Below are positions 54,712 through 64,000 of a DNA stretch of 64,000 bases, in pieces. The number at the start of each line of letters is the position of its first letter. The stretch's first letter is position 1. The DNA is taken from positions 40,982,001 through 41,046,000 of the forward strand of contig NC_045138.2 of NCBI RefSeq assembly GCF_008831285.2, in the 5' to 3' direction. The DNA comes from Nymphaea colorata. Taxonomy: Eukaryota. Made by a program: the position numbers and the translations under genes. Under the pieces are notes generated by a model, which did no database searches, was not told the origin of the DNA, and was given only the letters and a program-made list of their open reading frames with translations.

Positions 54712-56324
54712 ATGAGTCTGCTGTGTGGAGAAGACTGTAACAGTTTTGTGGATGAAGGGGAGGGGGAGGTTCTGACCCCAGTGGGCATCTCCACGGAGAG
54801 CATGGCCCCTGTGGTAACGATGGCAGATGAGAGTCTGATAGCTTTTCTAATGGAGAAGGAATGCCAGTTCTCTCCCAGGGAGGACTATCTGGCCAGGCTC
54901 CACTCTGGAGGTCTTAATGTCTCTGCGAGAAATGACTCGGTTGAATGGATCTGCAAGGTGTCCTACATTGATTTTATTCATTGATTTGCCTCATTTTCTG
55001 GCGTGATTTTTATGGGTTTTACTGATTGTTGACGGGTTCCTTTCTTCTTCTTCATCTCATTGTTTGTGCAGGTTGTTGCTCACTATCATTTTGCACCACT
55101 GACTGCGTGCCTGTCAGTGAATTATTTAGACAGATTTCTTTCGGAGTATGCATTGCCTGTATGAAATCTGATAACCCAAACCCCCTTTTTTCAGTGCCCT
55201 GATTTATTTCTGAAATGGGTTCTTTTGTGGCTTTTTCCTGTTGTGATAGGAAGGGAAGTCATGGATGGTTCAATTGCTATCTGTTGCTTGCTTATCTGTA
55301 GCTGCAAAAATGGAGGAAACGGATGTGCCTTTGCCATTGGATTTGCAGGTTTGGAGAAGAAAAAAAACGCTTAAATTTTAATACGGAGGATCCGATTGTT
55401 TGGCCAGTTTTGTTGGATGACCCACGATTAATCTTTTTGCTTTGGGTTTTGATAGGTGGGTGAATCTAAATTCGTCTTTGAGCCTCGAACCATCCAGAGA
55501 ATGGAGTTACTCCTACTCAACACTCTGAAATGGAAAATGAATGCAGTGACTCCCCTGTCCTTCATCGATTTCTTCCTCTACAGGATTACACATGCAAACC
55601 CACCTGCTCTCTCTCTTGTTTCTAAGACGGTAGAGCTGATTCTCACTGCAACCAAAGGTCTGCATTGCCCTCTTCCGTCTCAGAATCGTGGTCCATTGCT
55701 TCCAAGTTTTGGTTTTCGATAACAATTGTGCTTACATATCGCTTCCTCTTTATTTGTGACAACAGGTATTGAGTTTCTGGAATTCTTGCCTTCGGAAATT
55801 GCATTGGCAGCGAGTATATCGGCGACTAGCGAACTGCTGAAGGTGGATTTCATGGAAGCCGTGGACTTATGCTCCTCAGAGATTAACAAGGTATATATAA
55901 AGCATTGAAAAATAATGCCGCAGTTGCTACTGTTCAGTTTCTTCTTGATGCATGTCAATACTGAATACTACCAATTGATTCTTATATGAGGTTCCATCTG
56001 TTTCTGTTTTCTTGGTCTGACAATAAACAGGACAGAGTATTGAAGTGCTATGAATTGATTCAAGAGGTGCTGTTGGTGAAGCAGTGGTGGAATGTCAAGA
56101 ATGTTGGTTCTGGGTCCTCTGTTCCAGGGAGCCCTGCTGGTGTGCTGGAGGCAGCCGCCTGCCTGAGCTATGAGAGCTCCAAGAAGGCACCACCACCATC
56201 GTCATTTGGGGAGTCTCCCAATGTGGAAGAGAGTCAAGAAGCAGGGGCCACAGCCACAGGGCTCATCTCCTGTGGGAACAATTATCCGTCTAAGAGAAGA
56301 AAAATTCAGGGAGTTGCAGGATGA
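54712..56324 (+). CDS. CYCD: D-type cyclin (CYCD2/CYCD4 subgroup), 350 aa, 6 exons
   Basis: Exons 54712-54957, 55072-55158, 55250-55348, 55456-55657, 55766-55890 and 56031-56324 total 1053 nt. LxCxE (LLCGE); cyclin box ([64 protein letters not shown]); C-terminal [18 protein letters not shown]. Internal exons of 87/99/202 nt are typical of plant CYCD genes. Confidence 0.96.
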
Positions 56325-56619
56325 GGGCAGGCCTGAAGTGTCTCTGAGCCTGTGGGTTGGATGATAATTTTGGTGAAGCTGGGTCCAACCCCACACTAAA
56401 GACTGAACTTGCAAAGATGAAAATGGAAAAAAAAAAAAATTTATAGCTTGTTTTGTCCCTCATGCCGATGCTATCAAAGTATGAAACTCTGAGGCCTGCT
56501 GTTTAGTTTCCACCCTGCATGAGGAGAAAAGAGAGGAGTCTGATTGGCTTTCCCAAGAACATTACGGATGTCTTGAGACCTATTTTCCAGGTGGGTTTTA
56601 TGGAGGCAGCTGTGAGGAA

Positions 56620-56658
<39 letters not shown>

Positions 56659-57780
56659 GCCTGAAGTTTATATAAATATTATTCAAAGGTGTTTATTATT
56701 ATCAGGTAATATTGTTTATGTATTGTTATGAACATTAAGGTGGACATATGACATATCTGCTCGTTCAATTGATTGTACAAAAGGATTTTGGGCAATTTAT
56801 TTTTCTTAGCTTCGCTTTTCACATTATTGCTAAACTGACTTTGGGAAGGTGAGTTTTATCCTGTACCAAGTTCAAATTACCAAATTGCACACGGTTCACT
56901 ACTCACCGGACTGCGATAGACTGCTGGTGAAATAACAGAGCACGTTCAAGTGGGTGTGGGGGCATCTTGGGTATTTGCTCGGGGGGTCACATGCTCTCCA
57001 CATGGGCAATTTGGTAAATTTGAGAAGCATGTGGCATGGGAAGATGTCACCATAATCTACAGGGATCTTCGTTTTAGTCATCTGGATTTTGGGGGGTAAC
57101 CGGTGTCGCTGCTTTGACTGCGGCCCTTGGGACAAGAAGCGTGTCATTTCGGGGAAGACGAAAGGCGGGCCCGTTCATGTCCAAATGGAAGGGGAGGAGG
57201 AGAGGTGCGATCATGGCTGGCCTGCCTGCCCAGATGAGAGAAACCAGAGAAAAGCCTGCTAGTTTTTCTTTCTTCCATCGATCGATTGTATGGGAAAAGA
57301 GCAAGTTTGTGAAGAAAATGATAAGGAAATTATTGTAAGGAGAGAGAAACGCCACAGTGGGGATTGGTGGTGGGGAGAGAGAGAAAGTATGGCCCTACAC
57401 TACAGAGGGAGGGTTAGTGAGAGAAAGAGTGAGAGAGAGTCCCAATAAGGCCACCTGCCGCGCCGACCGTGTCAGCCAAGAAGGTGTCCGTTGCTTAGGC
57501 CTTGGTCCCTCTCTCTCTCTCTCCCCCTTCCCGAGCACGCTTGCTTTCTTCGATTCTCTCTCCCCCTCTCTTTTTGACGAGCATGCTTCCTTCTCTCTCT
57601 CTCTCTCCTTTTGAAGCGTGTGAGCTGCCATGGTCTCGTACTTTTCCACAGTCATGGCATGCCTGCACCAACTAACCCCTCTGCTTCACTGCGGTCCCCT
57701 CCAGCAGTCAAACATGGGAGCCCAAACAAATCCCTCACTAAATCACCCTGCTTTCTCTCCCTCTCTCTCTACACACACAC

Positions 57781-57816
<36 letters not shown>

Positions 57817-58496
57817 CAATGAACTAGCATTTCAATCCATTATGAAACGGATAATGGTTTGCTGTCAGCAGTTTGTTCTGCTCCTTCACATGAATGCCCC
57901 CGATTATATTTCTTGAGGGCATGAGGAAATGCTTCTTTTGTTCTTTTTCAACAGGCGCAAACGTTTCCTTGTTTCCAATCTGGGTGGTGAATTTGTGGAA
58001 ACAAACAATGGCTTTTGATGAACACGGTCAGTTGCCAATTACTTGCATTGTCCTTCTTATCTGATGCTGAAACCGTGCAAGGCTCAATATTGGGGGACCA
58101 GCATTGAAGCATCCGAGTTGGTGGATCATGCCTAACACCAGCTCTGTTTGGAAGATGGGGAATTCGGGAGATAATGGCATCGATTTCATATTTTTATCGA
58201 CGCCGAAATCGTTGGTGTCTAACATGTTGCTGTTCAGCAACTGCCAGTCTAGTCTTTGGTAGCATTTCCGATGGTGGTTCCCGCTTTCCGTCGACCTTTC
58301 CGGTTACTTCTCTAGTGTTGTTTCTGTATATCGAAACTGAATCCAGGGAAACTGGAAATGGGGAATTCTTTTCCCAAGTTTTGGAACATCTTCCAAACAA
58401 TTGCAAGGATTTAAGAAAGCTGTATTCCTGAAGCTGTTCCCCAACCGGGGCCTAATTCATAAGATGCTTTGATTACAATCAAACTGAGTCCCTATG

Positions 58497-58647
58497 GATT
58501 GTGTTTGGCAACATTAACACTGTGTTATTGTTTCATGCGTCTACACCAAAATTTCAGTCAGATATTCATGGCATCCTATGACACATGAATCTGCCTAGAG
58601 TGGTTTAATTGAATAATAACAACATATTACTGTTACCAAACGGCTCC
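58497..58647. mobile_element. Tourist-like MITE
   Basis: GGATTGTGTTTGGCAACA...TGTTACCAAACGGCTCC termini. Related decayed copies lie at ~6370-6458 and ~19322-19493. Confidence 0.5.
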
Positions 58648-60110
58648 CTAAAAAAGAAACTGTAGCTACATTGTTCGTGGACATAAAATTATACGGTTTC
58701 AGGATGCGTATAACGATGCCAACGGAATAATTAAGCTGTTTAGCTTAAATCTATCCTTTCGGACGTGTTCTATATGGTTTATCAAACTATAATCTAGGAA
58801 AGAAGAAAACAAGTATAAAGGATCTTATATCACTTCAAAACTTGCATAATTCGTTTAAGATAAAAAAAAAAAAAACACTTTTATGCCGGAAAATGCAAAT
58901 TAATGGCCGGACCTTGTCAAATCAACCATGTAGATTTCATTCACTAACCCAATTGGAAAAAAATAAAATCTTAAAACGTGAATAGATTTTAGTTGCCAAT
59001 CCTTCATCATCATCATCATTTATGCATTGGCAGGGTCACATACAAATTGGGATTGCACGTGCCCCCTCCTAACTTGCGGAAATCCCTTATACGAATATAT
59101 AAATTTATATAAATGTATGTCTCCCGTTACTGAAATTTCTAGCTCCGCCATTGTTGGTTACTACATGTCACATGTCTTAACGCATAGATAGAGTATTGTT
59201 TCGCGCCACCACAGGCCTTTTGTCTTCCACCCCTTGTATTTGTTCTCTTCCTCTGTTTTTTTCTCATTGGAAGAAGTCGGTTATGGACAGCAATTCAAAG
59301 GTGACCTTCTTTTTGTTCCCTTGTGGGGTTAGTAGTTTCTCTTCCTCTCTCGAAAGCGCACACACACACATGCACATACACATACACATTTAGAAGCTCA
59401 GTTTTCCGACTGCACAAAAACCATTGCATGGTCATATCTCTACCATTGAGGGTTTAGTTTCCAATTTGCATCATGTGTGTGTACACCACTGTCTGCTTGC
59501 GCCACGGAAAACTATCTGCAACTCTCTCTGTACCAACAATGGGAGGACCACAAGATTCAATGGTGCCATCTGTGTTTGGCCTGGTATGCATTTGAAATTG
59601 TTTTCCTAGGCTTTGGAGGGAAAAGGACCACAACCGCCAAGAGTAACAAGTCCTTGGGATTTTAGTGTTTGGTGTGTTGTCGTGGTTTCGCGGGCATCGG
59701 TCGCCCAAGAGGCATTCAAGTTGAAGGATGTCAAGAGTTCAATCACTGGTCCACTTTTGATGGAAAGTAGTGGCCGAGCCCATGTGGGCTTGTGTCCGCA
59801 GTTTCATGCACATACCCATATAATTTGGTTTATTTCTTATTCGTTCCCCATGGTATATTATTATCTGTTTAATGGGTCTAAGATTTTCTAAAGGCCTAAA
59901 ATTAAGTTGCTGGCATCAAAATGAAGTCAACAAATAGACGCAATTTCACCCCAAAAGAGTTCGTTACTTCCTTTTCCTCAACTAACAAGGTTAGGTCTAA
60001 AACCTTAAGTAGAAAAAAGTCAAAAGTTTGATGCTCAAGGTGAATTTTCACTGCCATAGTCTAATCAGGGTCCTGGAATAAGACCATAGAGTTGATAATG
60101 GCAGATCTTC

Positions 60111-60166
<56 letters not shown>

Positions 60167-62144
60167 AGTTGCTTCAAATTTTATCAATGGTATTTGAAGT
60201 CCAAGATTGGAACTGGTATTTGGAATATTTTTTCATCAGCTGGTCAAGCTCCTTGCTGAAATTGAACTTCTTTTAAAAACCCCAAATGGAATTTTTAAAT
60301 GATGTGGAGCCTGGAAAAGGGGCCAAGTGCTTCTAATAGGGATCATGTAGTCAGTTGGGGGTTCAGTGTTGAGTAAATTAAAGATAGGAATGCCCCAGAA
60401 AACATGTTGGTAGGTGCAAACAATGCCACCTATTCCATGAGAAAACTGCATATAAATATTAGGGCATCCCTTCAAATCAGACATCTGTTGTCTCTTGTTT
60501 GGGTTCTTCTAGATTGTCACTAGCTAGGTTCCTCTGGATTCGCATTCCGCCGATCGTTTTTCCCGTGAGATTTCGTTCCAAACAGCACAGGACATTAGTT
60601 GCTGTGCAAAACGTGTTTGATTCCCTCAAAATTTTCCCAGGAAAAGCTCCAGGCAACTAATTTTTATCCCCAGGTGACTTTTTATAAAGGAAACAGAATG
60701 GCCAGTACAAGCTACCTTGTGTTTAGCCACTAGTTTTTATTTTATTTTATTTTATCACAGGAGGAGTGCACTTAGAGTAACCTATAAGGGCATTGTCATA
60801 CTTATGTTCTGGCCTTGTGGGACCCTTGGACCTGCTTAGGCTCCATTTGCCAACTAGCTCTGTCATGGTAAATAAATGATGGTAGTTGAGAATTTAGCTT
60901 CCCGTCACAGAGAAAACTCAGTTCCAACCTTTTCTTGAAACTCACGAGCATCTTAAGTTTCAAATCTTGTTTTTGAAACCAGAACACTTTTTTTTGGCTG
61001 AGAAGGAACAGATATGTAACTTTGACACCCCGTGCAACAACTTATGAAGCCATAAGAGTCATTGATATTTTTTGAATCTTTTCAAATGGTGTAATTTGAT
61101 CAACCCAATGAAAAAAATAGAGGAAAACCCAAATCAAAGAAACCTTTTTATAACGGATTGAATTAACAGAGAATTCAGTGGTCATCAATGGGGTTGGTGC
61201 AAGGGCTGGTGGACGGTCAGTTTTTATTTCGAATTCTCGGAATGCAATCAACTTTCTTGTATTGCAAACGAAGGCCACTGATGTTCAAACATCTGAAGGT
61301 TATAAAAGTAGGTCTTATACCCTAAGAAGCCGTATGGCAATCACCAGTAACAAATTATTAGTGAACCTGCTTCAAATGTTGGGACGGCTTCATAAAATCA
61401 TGTAACGAGCATTTCTTGAATTTGAACCAAATTTTGGGCAGATTCACTGAACAGTAACATACTGCTTTTGTGGAGATGATGAGTTGGGTGAGAGTTTCAG
61501 TTCTTTTCTAAGTCGCAGGATGGAATACTTCTCCAACTCAATCAAAACGAACAAAAATTTAGTGAATTAGTATTCCTTTTTCTGTGACTTTGAAAACTGA
61601 TCTCCTTTTATTTACTGAAGAGTTAAACTAGGAGACAACTCAAATGTGATGATGCTTTCTCTAGACTTGTCAATTCACAGTGGAAGCAATGTAGATGGAG
61701 GAAGGCAAGAAACCCACATGATCGAGGGGTACGGCTCTGCACACTGCCCACAATGCCCTATAAGATTCGATGTTAACTCGTGAGAATCAACAGGAATTGG
61801 GCCGACCTCCATCGCTTTGTGGGTGTTTTTCTTTTGTCTTCAAGGCCATTGTCCCTGCCCATCTGACTGCTTGTCTCTTGTAGAAAATGCCATTTATTAA
61901 GCACCAGATGGAGCCTTATTACCTGGTCGCTTTCTTTTGTTTAATGGGCAATTAGCTATTTCTGGATACTACTGCCATTCCACTGGCTCATGCCCATGGC
62001 ATAATCTTTTTGTTTCTTATTATATTATATTGAAATTTATGTTCAATTTGGGTTTTTTTTTTCCTTCTTTTATGGAACGCTTGTTTTTGGTAGTCCAGAT
62101 CTAATTTCCAAGTGTTTGGTATTTACTTGTTTATAGGACATATA

Positions 62145-62502
62145 TAGGGATGTTAATAGATCCATTTCAGATCAGGTATGTAACTGAATTGATGAAAAAA
62201 ATTAACATCTGATCAAGAAATGAGATTGGATTTTGGATTAAGAAATGTTATCTGATTAAAATAATGTCTTATATCAAATAAATCCATACATTTCAAAGGA
62301 CAGTTCTTAACATATCAAAAGTCAGTTCAGATTCAGTTTTATCTTTAAAAGTCGGATTTCCGATTAAGATTGTAAATTTCAAAATCGAATTCAGATATGA
62401 CCTTTGTTCATTGCTATTCAAATCCGAATATATGAACATCTGATAAATGAGATACAATAAAAAAGGTATATCAGATTCAGATCAGATCTATCGACATCCT
62501 TA
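62145..62502. mobile_element. Non-autonomous hAT-like element (MITE)
   Basis: TIRs TAGGGATGTTAATAGATC...GATCTATCGACATCCTTA; flanking 8-mers GACATATA / TTCATATA (6/8, degenerate TSD); internal TCAGAT/ATCCGA subrepeats. Confidence 0.75.
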
Positions 62503-62622
62503 TTCATATAATGCTCATTCGTGAAAACTATTGAGTATATAATTGTCACCTGATAACACTTTTAGTATTAGTGTTGTAAATCTTGGTTTTCAAAAAGCTG
62601 GGCTTCATTTGTGTTTTCTGCC

Positions 62623-62974
62623 TCGGGATGTCAATGGATCAGTTTCAACTTTCAAGATGGATATACTTTTCATTGTATCCACTTTTTCAGATATTCATAT
62701 ACTCATATTCCAATTCTGATTCAAATACTAATGAAGAGAAGTCATATCTGAATTTCATTCCTGTTTTGACATTCATATCCAAATCTGAATTCAAACACTG
62801 AACCAAATCCGGCCGATTTTCAAAAAGTGAGAGCTTTGGATCTAATCAGCTGTTTATGTATATCTGAATCCGATTTGATTTCTTAATCCGATATTAAACT
62901 TTTTTTATATATATATTGTTTTTAAAGCAGTTCGTTTGGATATCCAATTCAAATCAGATATATTGACATCTCTA
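62623..62974. mobile_element. Non-autonomous hAT-like element (MITE), same family
   Basis: TIRs TCGGGATGTCAAT...ATTGACATCTCTA; 8-bp TSD TTTCTGCC / TTTCTACC (7/8). Confidence 0.8.
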
Positions 62975-63878
62975 TTTCTACCAATAAGATATATCCAGTC
63001 CAGACAGATACGAGACGGATACTAACAAGACTGCTTTTTATAATCAAATTGTTAGCTGACAGCTTCTTTTTTTTTACAAAAAACTATTATAATTTATCAA
63101 CATAAAAGCTGTTCGACCTAACCTAATGGGCTTTAAAGTTAAATACATAAAAATTTGCAATACAATGGATCTTTAGAAAGCGTGATTACTGTTGATAAAT
63201 CACTTGACCTAGCCCTTTAGGTCCAAGCTCACCGATCTCCATAAGGAACGGGATTGGCTCGAGCACTGCCTTCAGATTCAAGCGATCGAGATGATATGGG
63301 CACTAAGCTTACGATTCAAAAAGACATACATACTAAAAGGAAAACATTATTGGTCCTCTTGTTAATTATATATTGGTTTTCATTTACGAGGGATCACACT
63401 GACTTGCCTTTTAGTACAAGCAGCTGCAGCGTTTGGTGTAGAGTGTTGACCACCGCCCAACTAAGCTTTTGTCTCTATTCCTGTCCTTAGACTTGAATTC
63501 AAACTTTAATATTTTTTTTAGATGGTGCCTTAGCGTGGAATCAGCTGTCACATTGAATGGATTTTAGGCAATAATTTGGGTTCAACTGTCAAATCATAAA
63601 CAAACACAAACATGTCTAAATCTTACACTTCGATTCTCGTGGGAGTTGAGTTATTCTTCTCAATGGCTAAAGATTTGATCTTTGCTGTCAAGTTAAAGAT
63701 GGTTTGCTGCTCACTCAGAGCCCATGGCCGCGCACGGAGAATAGAAGGGAAAAGGAGGCGCCTTTGAGCCCCTTCAGAATGGCTGATAACCTCTTGCTCG
63801 ACCTGACTATCAAATCTTATGCAATCACAAACACGTTTAAACTTTAAACTTTTGTTCTTGATTCAACAAAACTGTGTC

Positions 63879-64000
63879 TAGGGGTGAACAACAAGTCGAC
63901 CTCGACTAGTTAAAGCTCGGCTTGTGAAGGAGTTCGAGCCGAGTCATTTGCTTAACAAGTCGAGCTCGAGTTCATGAGTTGACTCGTTTAAACAATCGAT
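63879..64000. mobile_element. Left end of a related CGAGC-rich non-autonomous element (runs off the window)
   Basis: TAGGGGTGAACAA start followed by GCTCGG/CGAGCCGAGTC/CGAGCTCGAG/GACTCGTTTA repeats like those at 50363-50873. Confidence 0.5.

Noticed and set aside
57474..57660. Partial resemblance to miR169 (CAGCCAAG), miR167 (AGCTGCCA) and miR396 (TTCCACAG)
   Set aside because: Only ~8-nt matches, with no full mature sequence and no precursor hairpin.

Overview
Eukaryotic (flowering-plant) nuclear DNA: AT-rich, GT-AG introns, abundant (AT)n/(GA)n microsatellites and MITEs. No prokaryotic features, CRISPR arrays, rRNA or tRNA genes were seen. Six protein-coding genes were reconstructed by eye: (1) 5' part of a PH-domain RhoGAP (- strand, runs off the left edge); (2) an intronless ARM-repeat protein without a U-box (+, 16074-17024); (3) non-specific phospholipase C, NPC2-like (-, 3 exons, 536 aa); (4) an uncharacterised ~200-aa protein with a hydrophobic C-terminus (+, 28679/29894-34102); (5) general transcription factor TFIIB (-, 7 exons, 312 aa); (6) a D-type cyclin, CYCD2/4-like (+, 6 exons, 350 aa). 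The most unusual structure is gene 4. Its promoter, start exon and a pair of homologous symmetric phase-1 micro-exons are tandemly duplicated (~1.2-kb period). This gives two TATA/ATG start modules and four open, in-frame cassette exons upstream of a shared set of constant exons, with a decayed Copia retrotransposon in the intervening intron. The remainder is intergenic DNA with hAT-like and Tourist-like MITEs, a probable LTR remnant and short tandem repeats. All gene models are manual and have no transcript support.
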